Assembly (NCBI GenBank): GCA_018970765.1
Contig: JAGWVT010000006.1
Location: 1,933 to 65,932, forward strand
DNA length: 64,000 bases
Direction of reading: 5' to 3'
Source: Actinomycetales bacterium
GTDB lineage: Bacteria; Actinomycetota; Actinomycetes; S36-B12
Below, piece after piece: positions 7,677 to 16,596 of the stretch (its first letter is position 1; each line of letters opens with the position of its first letter). The translations under genes and the position numbers were made by a program. Below the pieces are notes generated by a model. It was not told the DNA's origin, searched no databases, and saw nothing but the letters and a program-made list of their open reading frames with translations.

Positions 7677-7750
7677 TAGCGGGGGCAGGATTTGAACCTG
7701 CGACCTCTGGGTTATGAGCCCAGCGAGCTACCGAGCTGCTCCACCCCGCG
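7677..7750 (-). tRNA. initiator tRNA-Met (anticodon CAT)
   Basis: The reverse complement reads CGCGGGGTGGAGCAGCTCGGTAGCTCGCTGGGCTCATAACCCAGAGGTCGCAGGTTCAAATCCTGCCCCCGCTA. It folds as a cloverleaf with three G:C pairs closing the anticodon stem and a C1:U72 mismatch, both initiator marks. CCA is not encoded. Confidence 0.9.
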
Positions 7751-7805
7751 TCGGGTGTTGGTCCTCAGAGGATACGTCGCCGAGGACTGCGAAGACAAAC
7801 CGGGG

Positions 7806-8570
7806 TCAGCCGGCCGAGCGGGCGTGGAAGACCCGTCGGATAAGTGCGTCAAGACCCCAATAAATAAGAGACAGAATGATGGCGAAGACGATGATGACGA
7901 TGATGAAGGTGAATACCGGACCCCAGCCATTGGTTGCCGCATCCAGGAATGGGTAAGGGTAGGCCAGGATGACGGTGCCGCGCGTCAGCGCGAAGGCGGC
8001 CCAGACCAGCGGCAGGATCAGGGCAGCGAGAACAACCCGCACGTTGAGCAGGCCACGCGGCCCGGCGACGAGGAACACCACCACGGTGAGAATCGGGTTG
8101 ATGACGTGGAGCATGTTGTTGGAGAGCCAGTCCAGCCCCTGCTTGCCACCCTCGGCCAACAGCAGATTGAACACCACGCCGGTGACGGTGATCATCAGCA
8201 CGCTGTCCAAGCGCAGGGTGCGCCAGATGCCACCGACGCGGTCATGACGCAGGAACAGGTTCGGGCGCGCAGCCAACATGGTGAGCACGACGGCGACCGT
8301 GGCATTGGACCAGATCGTGAAGTAGGTGATCCAGTCGAAGAAGCGCTTGATTGGCGTGTCGATGCCGTCGGCGACATTGCCCAGCAGCGTGGGCTTGGCC
8401 GGGTCCAGGGTGTCCACGTAGTAGCCGCTGAGGTTCAGGCTCAGGGAAAGGGCCACGGCAAACCAGGCGACGGCTGCGTTCATGATGAACAGAGCACGCC
8501 CGTAGCGGGGTGCGACGTAGGGCTTGGTCGAGCTTGCCGGGGAGTCGCTGGAGGTTCCGCTCATGGCCAT
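7806..8570 (-). CDS. Pr6Pr-family (FAR-17a/AIG1-like) integral membrane protein
   Basis: 254 aa with about 6 TMs and the motif FFDWITYFTIWSNATV. Family recalled from motif only. Confidence 0.55.
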   Translation of the reverse strand: MAMSGTSSDSPASSTKPYVAPRYGRALFIMNAAVAWFAVALSLSLNLSGYYVDTLDPAKPTLLGNVADGIDTPIKRFFDWITYFTIWSNATVAVVLTMLAARPNLFLRHDRVGGIWRTLRLDSVLMITVTGVVFNLLLAEGGKQGLDWLSNNMLHVINPILTVVVFLVAGPRGLLNVRVVLAALILPLVWAAFALTRGTVILAYPYPFLDAATNGWGPVFTFIIVIIVFAIILSLIYWGLDALIRRVFHARSAG

Positions 8571-8630
8571 TGCCGCAGGCTACTCGCCGACCGTGCGGCC
8601 CGGGGGTGATTAGGCGCCTAGGCTCAACCG

Positions 8631-9452
8631 GTGAAGCAGGCGGCACTTACTCCAATCACGGTGATTCGGGATGGCTCCGTGGGTATTGGGGTAGGGGCCT
8701 TCTCAGGGTTGCTGGGTGTTGGCGGCGGGATCCTGCTGGTGCCGTACCTAGTACTGGCCCGCAAGTTTCCGCAGAAATCGGCCCAGGCCACCTCGCTGGT
8801 CCTGGTGGCCACGGGCGCCGCGGCCGGGACGGTGACCTACGCACTGCGCTCCTCAGTCGCGTGGCTGCCCGCCGTACTGGTACTGGTCGGTGGCGTCGCG
8901 GGGGCGTGGCTGGGTGCGCACCTTGTGCAGCGCGCGCGGGATGCACGACTGCAGGTCGCTTTTGGCTCGCTATTGATGATTGTTGGCCTGCGGTTGCTGT
9001 GGCCGGGAGATATTTCGGCAGCCGATGACGCGCTACTGCCCACCCTGCAGATCGGGTTGGCGTTGGCCTACGTCGCAAGTGGTCTTGGCATGGGTCTGCT
9101 CTCGGCGCTGTTCGGGATTGGTGGTGGGATCCTGCTGGTGCCGATTCTGGTGATCGCGTTCGGTTACCCGCAGCAGGTGGCTGCCGGTACGTCGTTGGCC
9201 GTCATGGGCCCAATTGCCTTGGTGGGGGCGCTGAGACTCACCAAACCGGGGTTGACGAACTGGCGGCTCGGTGCACTGTTCAGTGCCGGTGCAGTCATCG
9301 GCGCCACCGCGGGAGCCTGGCTCGCCCTGGCGTTACCCGGACCACTGGTGCGCCAGGTGTTCGCCGTCGTCATGGTCGCCCTCGGCGTGCGCATGGCAAT
9401 CCTGGGTTGGCGCGCACGCGATGATGTGCCCAACTCGGCAACGTCGGACTAA
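8631..9452 (+). CDS. TauE/SafE (TSUP) family anion exporter
   Basis: 273 aa with two internal repeats, each containing GLLGVGGGILLVP / ALFGIGGGILLVP. Confidence 0.85.
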   Translation: MKQAALTPITVIRDGSVGIGVGAFSGLLGVGGGILLVPYLVLARKFPQKSAQATSLVLVATGAAAGTVTYALRSSVAWLPAVLVLVGGVAGAWLGAHLVQRARDARLQVAFGSLLMIVGLRLLWPGDISAADDALLPTLQIGLALAYVASGLGMGLLSALFGIGGGILLVPILVIAFGYPQQVAAGTSLAVMGPIALVGALRLTKPGLTNWRLGALFSAGAVIGATAGAWLALALPGPLVRQVFAVVMVALGVRMAILGWRARDDVPNSATSD

Positions 9453-12433
9453 GCAGCGCTTGGCGCCTCCGGTGCCGCCACATCGCCACCGGTGAGCAGC
9501 GCCTCGGCCTGCGCCGCTCGACTGAGCGCGTCGGCGAGCTTTTCCTGGGCGATGTCGTAGGCGGTGAAGTCGCCGATGCGCAGCGCTGCCAGGCCCTCTT
9601 CGTAGGCCGACTGCGCGTCAGCAATGGCAATAGCGAGATCCTGCAGCGGATCCCCCGTCGATGGGGTTGGCACCGTGGGTTGCGGCGTCGGTGGTTGCGT
9701 CGCGCCACCGTCATCGGGTTGCGGCTGCGGCGTGATCTCACCGTCGGGAATCGGCAGCGGTTCGGCAACCTCATCGGGGTTCGTCGCGAAGACGCGTTGC
9801 AGGGCAACGTCCAGGGAGTCCTCAAGAGCGACGTTTGCGCCATAGCCGACCAACACTTTGCGCAGCAGCGGATAGCCGTCGGTGGTCGCCCGGATGTACA
9901 CCGGTTCGACATACAACAGGCCGTTGTTGAACGGCAGGGAGAGCAGATTGCCGAATTCGACTTCGGAGCCACCGCGGCGAAGCAGCGACAACTGCGAGCT
10001 GACAACCGGATCGGACTCGAAGTTGTTTTGCACCTGCTGGGGGCCGGGAATAGTCGTGTTGCTTGGTAGTTGCAGCACCTGCATCTTCCCGTAGTTCTCC
10101 CCCGGTTCGGAGTTGACAGCCATGAACGCCGCCAGCGTCTGCCGACGTTGCGGGGCGAAGGTGCTGGTCAACGAGAATGCGGGTGCCTTGGCGCCCGGCA
10201 TCTGCAAGGTCAGGTAGTAGGGAGGCTGGAACACCTGGGCGGGTGCAACGGTCGGGTCGAAGGGCACGATCCATACGTCGGTGCCGTTATAGAACGTCAC
10301 CGGATCGGTGACGTGGTAGCGGCTCATGATGACTCGCTGAACTTTGAACACGTCCTGCGGGTAGCGCACGTGTTCCAGGATCCCGGCGGGGATCGCCGAG
10401 TTCGGTTCGACCGTGCCAGGGAAGGCCTTCATCCAGGTCTGCAGGACTGGGTCGGACTCGTCCCAGGCGTAGAGGGTCACCGAGCCCTCATAGGCATCAA
10501 CCACTGCCTTCACCGAGTTGCGCATGTAATTGAGCTGGTCCTGTGGACGAAGGCCGCTGGGCAGCGTTCGAGAACTGATGGAATCCGCGGTCGCCCCGGA
10601 CAGTGACACGCGACTTGAATAGGGATAGTCGTTGGAGATCGTGTAACCGTCGACGATCCACTTGATGCGGCCGTCCACCACGACCGGATAGGGGTCTTGA
10701 TCCAAGGTCAACCATGGCGCGGACTTCTCAACGCGGGTCAGCGGGTCGCGGTCCCACATGATCTGGGAGTCCGGATTGACCAGGTCGGAAAGCAGGATGT
10801 TGCTGTCCTGGAATTTCGTGGCGAACAGCATGCGGCCGAGGAACGACCCCATTGGCACGCCGCCGCTCCCCTCGTAGGTATTGGTCTTCTGACCAGTCGG
10901 GCTCGCATCGTCGGGATAGTCCAACTCAATAGGTGCGCTTCCCTTCGGGGCGCCAACAATGCTGTAAGCAGGGGAAAGCTCGCCGAAGTAGACCCGAGGC
11001 TGCGTCACTTCGAGACTGCCCGTGGACGGAATGTCACTTTCGAAGAAGTCAGGTTGACCACTGTTCAGGGCGGTGTTGTCGTACGCAGCAACAAAGCCGA
11101 AGCCATGCGTATAGACCGCACGTTCGTTGGTCCAGTTGCGTTGGCCATCGGGGATACCAGCCAGGTTGATCTCCCGCACAGCGACGATGGACCCTCGCTG
11201 ACCCCCGTTGAGTTCATAGCGATCGACGTCGAGCTTGTCATTGAACGAGTAGTACCCGCGAATCTGCTGCAACTGGTTGTAGGTGGGAGAGACGACCGCG
11301 GGATCGAGAAGGCGAATGTTGTCCAAGGTCCCACTGGATGCCTCGACCATGGCAGAAGTCGGTGGCTCAACCGTGCCTGGGTAGTCGACAATCTCAGAGT
11401 CTTCGAGGTTATAAGCCTGCCGAGTCGCGGTGATATTGCGCTCGATATACGGCTGTTCACGAACGAGTTCACTTGGACGCACCTGGAACTGCTGGACGAT
11501 GAACGGATACAGGGCCCCGGCCACGATTGACGTCAAGAACAGCAACGCAAGCCCAAGGAGCGGCAGCGCCCAGGCACGCCTTATGGCGTTCACCAAGAAC
11601 AACACGCCAACGATGACGGCCACGAAGGTCAGGATGTTCAGTGACGGCAGGACCGCGTGCACGTCCGTGTATTTCAGACCAGTAAAGCCCAGCACCAGGG
11701 ATTCGCTCTTGGTTTCCAGCGCGAACCGGTCGAACCAGTAGGAGACAGCCTTCAAGAACATCACCAGGGCAAGGAGCAGGGAGATGTGAATCTGAGCGGC
11801 CGTGGTGGCCCGATCTCCCTTGGGCTGCAGGCGCAGACCGCCATAGAGATAGTGCACGAACACGGCGAGTACGAGGCTGGTGATGAGGACGGCGAAGCCG
11901 AAGCCGATGAGGAATCGGATGAACGGCAGGGTGAACATAAAGAAGGAGATGTCCAGGCCGAACTGCGGATCGGTGATGCCGAATGGTGTGGCGTTACGCC
12001 ACATCAGGAATGTGCCCCACTCGCCGGCAGCTCCCAGGCCAGCGATGAAGCCGATGACCACGCTGAGCAGGATGGTCAGGCGACGCCGGAACGGATCCAG
12101 GCTTTCGCGGTAGCGCTCCAGGCTCGCCTGTTCCGGCGTGGTACCGCGAAACACCGGGCGAAAGCGCCAGGCGAGCGCCATGTTCAGGCTTAGGGCCAGG
12201 CCCATGACAAGCCCGAAGATCCCAAACATCGCCAAGCGCGTGATCAGCGACGTCGTGAACACCACGTCCTTCTCGACAGACTGGTACCAGAGCCAGTCGG
12301 TGAAGAAGCCGGTGAACAGCACCCAGGTGACCAAAAGTACGGCCAGGATGATGATGGTGGGGAGCAGGACACCGCCGCGTCGCTGCGCCGACGGGGCACT
12401 GGACGTGAAACCACCTGGGGATTCAAAAGTCAC
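9449..12433 (-). CDS. UPF0182 family large membrane protein (Rv3193c-like)
   Basis: 994 aa. N-terminal multi-TM region with FFTDWLWYQSVEKDVVFTT, a long extracytoplasmic body and a Pro/Ala-rich tail. It lies downstream of the PDZ protease, as in mycobacteria. Confidence 0.85.
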   Translation of the reverse strand: MTFESPGGFTSSAPSAQRRGGVLLPTIIILAVLLVTWVLFTGFFTDWLWYQSVEKDVVFTTSLITRLAMFGIFGLVMGLALSLNMALAWRFRPVFRGTTPEQASLERYRESLDPFRRRLTILLSVVIGFIAGLGAAGEWGTFLMWRNATPFGITDPQFGLDISFFMFTLPFIRFLIGFGFAVLITSLVLAVFVHYLYGGLRLQPKGDRATTAAQIHISLLLALVMFLKAVSYWFDRFALETKSESLVLGFTGLKYTDVHAVLPSLNILTFVAVIVGVLFLVNAIRRAWALPLLGLALLFLTSIVAGALYPFIVQQFQVRPSELVREQPYIERNITATRQAYNLEDSEIVDYPGTVEPPTSAMVEASSGTLDNIRLLDPAVVSPTYNQLQQIRGYYSFNDKLDVDRYELNGGQRGSIVAVREINLAGIPDGQRNWTNERAVYTHGFGFVAAYDNTALNSGQPDFFESDIPSTGSLEVTQPRVYFGELSPAYSIVGAPKGSAPIELDYPDDASPTGQKTNTYEGSGGVPMGSFLGRMLFATKFQDSNILLSDLVNPDSQIMWDRDPLTRVEKSAPWLTLDQDPYPVVVDGRIKWIVDGYTISNDYPYSSRVSLSGATADSISSRTLPSGLRPQDQLNYMRNSVKAVVDAYEGSVTLYAWDESDPVLQTWMKAFPGTVEPNSAIPAGILEHVRYPQDVFKVQRVIMSRYHVTDPVTFYNGTDVWIVPFDPTVAPAQVFQPPYYLTLQMPGAKAPAFSLTSTFAPQRRQTLAAFMAVNSEPGENYGKMQVLQLPSNTTIPGPQQVQNNFESDPVVSSQLSLLRRGGSEVEFGNLLSLPFNNGLLYVEPVYIRATTDGYPLLRKVLVGYGANVALEDSLDVALQRVFATNPDEVAEPLPIPDGEITPQPQPDDGGATQPPTPQPTVPTPSTGDPLQDLAIAIADAQSAYEEGLAALRIGDFTAYDIAQEKLADALSRAAQAEALLTGGDVAAPEAPSAA

Positions 12434-12504
12434 CTAGTCAACTTACGACACCGGCGCCGGGCAGGCACCCGGCCCAGTGAGCATGCCTGTGTTCAGGTGC
12501 GTGC

Positions 12505-13590
12505 TCAGGAAACCGGACAGGCGGGCGGGGTTCCTCCCGAGGTATAGATCTGCAGTGCCCGGACGGCCTCATCGAGCGTGCCGATCGGCGTGACGACCAG
12601 CCCATCGGGGATGTGCTCGCGAGCCTCCTCGCAGTGGGCTCGCGGCATGAGGAACAGTTCCGCGCCCGAGGCCCGGGCACCTGCCAACTTCTGGCGAATG
12701 CCGCCAATTGGCCCCACTGTGCCATCCGGGTCGATAGTGCCAGTACCTGCAACGTGCTTGCCGGCCGTGAGGTCATCGGGACTGAGCAGGTCGATGATGC
12801 CGAGGGTGAACATCAGCCCGGCACTGGGGCCACCGATGTCCTGCAGCGAGAACTGTGCCTGGAAGTCTGAGGTGTAGTACGTGCCGACGCCGATCCCGAT
12901 GTAAGGAACCTTGGGGTCATCCGGGTTGGGAGTTGAGGTGACTGTTACGTCCTGTTCGCTTTCGACACCGTCGGCGTCAGGGCGAACAACCGTGAAGGTG
13001 AACGTGGTCCCGGCTGGAGCCGAGCGAATCCGCGAGCTCACATCCGTGGGGACCTTCACCTCGAAGCCGTCCACGGCGCGCACCTTGTCACCGGGCAGGA
13101 GCAGCCCATCGGAGGGTGTTCCGGCATAGACCGCGCTGACCACGACGTGCGGATTGACTGGGCGCTTGAGATACACCGCGGCGGCCGCAATGGCATTGGA
13201 CTGGGAGGTGCTGAACATCGCCGCCTGGCGTTGCTTCACCTCCTCCCCGGTGACGTCATCCGGGTAGAGCAATTCGCGGGGCAGGACCGCGTCGTTGGGG
13301 TCAACCCAGGAGGCCAGCGCATCCACAAAGGTGAGCCCACCGCGCGGACCACCCGACTCCATGACAGTTGTCATGTCGAGTTGACCGGTGACCGGGTAGG
13401 TCTGGGCACCTTCGATTTCGATAACCGGCTTGTTGTCCTGGGCGCCGATGACGTTGTACGTGGGACCCGGAGACAACTTCACGTACGGAACGGGCAGGAG
13501 AAAGGCGACGCCAGTCAGGATGAGCAGCACGCTCGCAGTGATGATCACTACCTGCGCTGGGCGCGAGGGCGACGGGATGCGCAGGCCCAT
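12505..13590 (-). CDS. PDZ domain-containing Lon-like (S16) serine protease, YlbL/SdrC family
   Basis: N-terminal TM, a PDZ domain (LLLPGDKVRAVDGFEV) and a Lon protease C-terminal domain (GPSAGLMFTLGIIDLL ... GTGTIDPDGTVGPIGGIRQKLAGA). ATGA overlap with the upstream small ORF. Confidence 0.85.
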   Translation of the reverse strand: MGLRIPSPSRPAQVVIITASVLLILTGVAFLLPVPYVKLSPGPTYNVIGAQDNKPVIEIEGAQTYPVTGQLDMTTVMESGGPRGGLTFVDALASWVDPNDAVLPRELLYPDDVTGEEVKQRQAAMFSTSQSNAIAAAAVYLKRPVNPHVVVSAVYAGTPSDGLLLPGDKVRAVDGFEVKVPTDVSSRIRSAPAGTTFTFTVVRPDADGVESEQDVTVTSTPNPDDPKVPYIGIGVGTYYTSDFQAQFSLQDIGGPSAGLMFTLGIIDLLSPDDLTAGKHVAGTGTIDPDGTVGPIGGIRQKLAGARASGAELFLMPRAHCEEAREHIPDGLVVTPIGTLDEAVRALQIYTSGGTPPACPVS

Positions 13591-13865
13591 CAGACGTTAC
13601 CGCGCGGATTGGCGCGACGGGGTGCGTTCGGGCGTCGTCCAGGTTGCATGCTGCCGCGCTGGCCCGGTCCTTGAGAGTCCGGCACCTGGAAGTCGGGCGC
13701 CTGGTAGTCAGGCAGCGGACGCTCCATCGCATCACCGAAGCGACGCAGCCCCTCCATAGCATCCTTCGCCGGGGCAGGCTTGCGCGGTCGGCTAGTGAAG
13801 GCAGCCCAACCGATGGCCAGCAGCGTGGCACCCACCGGGATAAGCCACCATGCGAGGGTGGACAC
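13590..13865 (-). CDS. small single-TM protein, hypothetical
   Basis: GTG start. The TM segment STLAWWLIPVGATLLAIGWAAF is followed by a Pro/Arg-rich tail. Its stop overlaps the protease ATG (ATGA). Confidence 0.45.
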   Translation of the reverse strand: MSTLAWWLIPVGATLLAIGWAAFTSRPRKPAPAKDAMEGLRRFGDAMERPLPDYQAPDFQVPDSQGPGQRGSMQPGRRPNAPRRANPRGNV

Positions 13866-14040
13866 CTGCTCAGCGTACGTGGCTGCAAGTCACCGGCAAT
13901 CTGGTCGCGAGCAAAACCCCCGGGTCTCACAACGCCGCACGCCTTCCCCGCGCTTGCGGACGTCCGTTATCCCAGGGGTCTGCTCGCATGCCCAACGTAG
14001 GAACGCAGGTTCTGTCGGTCAACCACCAATTGAGGGTCCA

Positions 14041-14187
14041 TCCACAAGGGGTGGGAAAAGCTGTGGAGGATGTGGGGAAAAGGGGCCCTTCCTGACCGCA
14101 CAGGTGTGCGAGGCCCTGTGGACGCTGTGGGGATAAGTCAGGAAAACCACCGTAATCCCGCTGATTTCCCGGAACCGAAGCTGTGGA
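14041..14187. promoter_or_regulatory. array of TGTGG(A/G)/CCACA (DnaA-box-like) motifs
   Basis: CTGTGGA at 14061, 14116 and 14181; TGTGGGG at 14071; CTGTGGGGATAA at 14125; inverted TCCACAA at 14041. All lie within a 332-bp non-coding gap. Confidence 0.45.
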
Positions 14188-14197
14188 AAGAAAAAAG

Positions 14198-14728
14198 TTA
14201 GGTGTGTGAGGAGGTGATCAGAGCCCGCACACTGCCGTCCAGGTCGGGCGGGAGGTCCCCGATGGCAAACCAGGCAAGGTCCAGTGATTCATCACTAAGC
14301 ACCGGTTGGGCACCGCCCGGTACGAGGGCTAGATATTGGACGTCTAGATGTTCGCTCATTCGCCCGGCACAGGGCACCGGATGCCGATCGAGTCGAAGTG
14401 GCTCCTGGCTCATCCAGATGGGTTCGATGCCGCACTCCTCGACGACTTCACGGCGCGCCGCCTGCTGCAGATCGGGGTCCGTGCTTTCGATGTGTCCGCC
14501 CAACTGCAACCAGCGCCCGACCTTGGGATGCAGCGTCAGCAGAACCTGATCACGAGCCTGATTCATCACCAAGGCACTCGCAGTCACGTGACCGATCGCG
14601 CAACTGCGCCAAATACCGTCGCTGTGCTCGGTGAGGAAGTGCAGGTAGGCCTCTCGCAGGTCCGCCTGGCCTGCGTCGGGCGCATGCCATTGACCCAGCA
14701 CCTGTGAGACATGGTCTGTGGTGATCAC
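14198..14728 (-). CDS. NUDIX hydrolase
   Basis: NUDIX box GGHIESTDPDLQQAARREVVEECGI. The GTG at 14728 avoids overlap with the upstream gene; the ORF-track start at 14854 would overlap it by 112 nt. Confidence 0.75.
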   Translation of the reverse strand: MITTDHVSQVLGQWHAPDAGQADLREAYLHFLTEHSDGIWRSCAIGHVTASALVMNQARDQVLLTLHPKVGRWLQLGGHIESTDPDLQQAARREVVEECGIEPIWMSQEPLRLDRHPVPCAGRMSEHLDVQYLALVPGGAQPVLSDESLDLAWFAIGDLPPDLDGSVRALITSSHT

Positions 14729-14742
14729 CTGCTGCGGAACAC

Positions 14743-16062
14743 CTACTCGGTTGCGCCGAGAGTTGGCTGCTCGCCCGGGTGCAGCACCGTATCGACGAAG
14801 CCAAGTGGGTCCTGCAGATCCTCCGGAGTTGGCAACAGGTCCGGGTGCGCCCACAGGCCGTCGCGTTGCTCGACTGATCCGCGCACGCGCAGTGCACCGA
14901 ACACGGTGGCTGCCTCGCGAATGGCCCGTGGCCGAAGTTCCATGCCGACCAACGTTGCGAACGCCTTCTCACCGGGGCCGCCCGCGGCTCGACGGCGGCG
15001 CATGGTTTCGCGGAGTGCATCGGCGCAGGCAAGTCGTTCCCGGGTGGCTTCATGCACGGTGTCTTCGACCCAACCCTCGATGAGGGCAAGAAGTGTTTGC
15101 AGGCGAGCCAGCGCCGCGCGTTGCTCAGCGGTGTCTTCCGGACGAACCAAGCCCTGGGCAAGTGCATCCTGGATCGCCTGCGGCTGACTGAGATCAACCT
15201 CGCGCATAGCTTCGCTGATCTGATCGGCGTCCAGTCGCATACCGCGGGCGTACTCCTCAATCGCTCCAACAATGCGTGGACGCAGCCAGGTGACGTGCGA
15301 GAAGAGTCGCTGGTGCGCGGCCTCACGAAGGGCGAGGTAAAGAAGCACCTCTGCCGGATTCACACCGATCCCGTCCCCGAATTCACGCACGTTCGCAGGG
15401 ATCAGTGCGCAACGCGCGTCTTCGACCAACGGGACGCCTATGTCCGTGGCGCCCACCACCTCGCAGGCCAATTCGGCAAGTACCTGGGACAACTGCATGG
15501 TGAACGCGACTGAACCAAACTGCTGCATCATGCCCATCAGCGGACCAAGCATCGTGGACATCTCAGGTGGTATGCCACCGGGGAACATGCCGCGGAACTG
15601 CTCGGGTAACGCCTCGAACATCTCCTGCATGTCCGCAGGTCCGACTTGGCCATCCGGGCCCGCCAACAAACCAGCAACACCCTGGCGCATCTGCTCAGCG
15701 ATCGGCTCGACGTACCTCAGCCAGGCGGGCAACGTGGCGACGAGCCATTCCGAGCGGCTCCAAGTCAAGGGCTCAAGTGCCCCACCGGGAAGCGTCGTGA
15801 CAGCGTCCAACCACACCTCCGCCAGTCGAACCGCATCCACCACGGCCTGGCGTTGCTCGGTACTGGGGGTGGGATCACCCCGTCCAACGATTGCTTTGCG
15901 GGACAGGTCACTGACCATCTCGCGATTGAGGCCCGTCGAGGTGGAGCCGCTGGCCAGCATCTGACCGAGGGACTGCAGTGCGGCACCCAAACTGGCCATG
16001 TCGAAGCCCGGCTGGCCCGGTCGATCAGGATCAGGGACACCAAATCCGAAAGGCACGCTCAC
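14743..16062 (-). CDS. DUF2342 family protein (zinc-metalloprotease-like, Rv3195-like) with a degenerate HExxH
   Basis: 439 aa. The segment AEVLLYLALREAAHQRLFSHVTWLRPRI aligns by eye with the LALHEvTHrvQF motif region of the family. Confidence 0.7.
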   Translation of the reverse strand: MSVPFGFGVPDPDRPGQPGFDMASLGAALQSLGQMLASGSTSTGLNREMVSDLSRKAIVGRGDPTPSTEQRQAVVDAVRLAEVWLDAVTTLPGGALEPLTWSRSEWLVATLPAWLRYVEPIAEQMRQGVAGLLAGPDGQVGPADMQEMFEALPEQFRGMFPGGIPPEMSTMLGPLMGMMQQFGSVAFTMQLSQVLAELACEVVGATDIGVPLVEDARCALIPANVREFGDGIGVNPAEVLLYLALREAAHQRLFSHVTWLRPRIVGAIEEYARGMRLDADQISEAMREVDLSQPQAIQDALAQGLVRPEDTAEQRAALARLQTLLALIEGWVEDTVHEATRERLACADALRETMRRRRAAGGPGEKAFATLVGMELRPRAIREAATVFGALRVRGSVEQRDGLWAHPDLLPTPEDLQDPLGFVDTVLHPGEQPTLGATE

Positions 16063-16160
16063 CAGCGCACCGCGGTTCGTCCGTCACCAACATGGGTACT
16101 TCTTGGCATGCCATGACGGTACCCGCCCTGGGCCGGTGCTCGGTGATCCGGGCATGGGAG

Positions 16161-16189
16161 AGGTCGGACACCGTGAGGGTGTCCGACCT
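16161..16189 (-). terminator. stem-loop downstream of the DUF5679 gene
   Basis: AGGTCGGACACC, loop GTGAG, GGTGTCCGACCT: a perfect 12-bp stem 31 nt after the stop. No U-tract, which is common in actinobacteria. Confidence 0.4.
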
Positions 16190-16219
16190 CGAAGTTCGCT
16201 ACTAGCGATCTGTCCCCGA

Positions 16220-16375
16220 TTACGCCTTTCCGAGGATGCGGGTGACCTTCGTGCCGCAAACCGGGCAGATGCCCTTGGCGAAGCGCCGGCCGTTGCTGAC
16301 CTCGACATGGCCGTCGAAGGCACGCTTCTCCTTGCACTTCACGCAGTACGCCTCGCCCGAGTAACTCTCGGCCAT
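16220..16375 (-). CDS. DUF5679-type small zinc-ribbon protein (Rv3196A-like)
   Basis: Internal ATG at 16375. 51 aa: MAESYSGEAYCVKCKEKRAFDGHVEVSNGRRFAKGICPVCGTKVTRILGKA, with two CxxC pairs. Confidence 0.65.
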   Translation of the reverse strand: MAESYSGEAYCVKCKEKRAFDGHVEVSNGRRFAKGICPVCGTKVTRILGKA

Positions 16376-16596
16376 GACCTCTCCTGTCTCTTCGCAGGAC
16401 CGCGAAGTGCGGCCGTGCAACTCGGGCCTGATCGGCCCACGAACGCCCTCACGATAGGCCTCGGACCCGACACAGAGCGCTTTGCCACCCGCGTGCCGAC
16501 GAATTGGGGACGAAAGTCATGCCCACTGGCCCCATGAGCCACATTCGTTACATTTCCCTCACGGCGGGCCGTGCCCCGCGTGCGCAAGAATGCCGC

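Noticed and set aside
6251-7680. Target-site duplication flanking the IS481 element (family preference for CTAG-containing sites)
   Set aside because: The left flank contains CCTAGG, but the right flank (AAAGTAGC) does not repeat it. No convincing direct repeat was found, so the exact termini stay approximate.
6823-8609. Long ORFs 6823..7653 (+), 6452..7186 (-) and 7692..8609 (+)
   Set aside because: They are alternate-frame or antisense shadows of the transposase and Pr6Pr genes. They have Arg/Pro/His-rich or Asp/Gly/His-rich low-complexity translations, which is typical of high-GC DNA. ORF 7692.. even starts inside the tRNA.
13866-14197. The DnaA-box-like cluster as the chromosomal origin oriC
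   Set aside because: No dnaA, dnaN, rpmH or parAB genes are nearby. The boxes are degenerate, and only a 12-nt A-rich run is present rather than an AT-rich unwinding element. It is kept as a regulatory-cluster finding instead.
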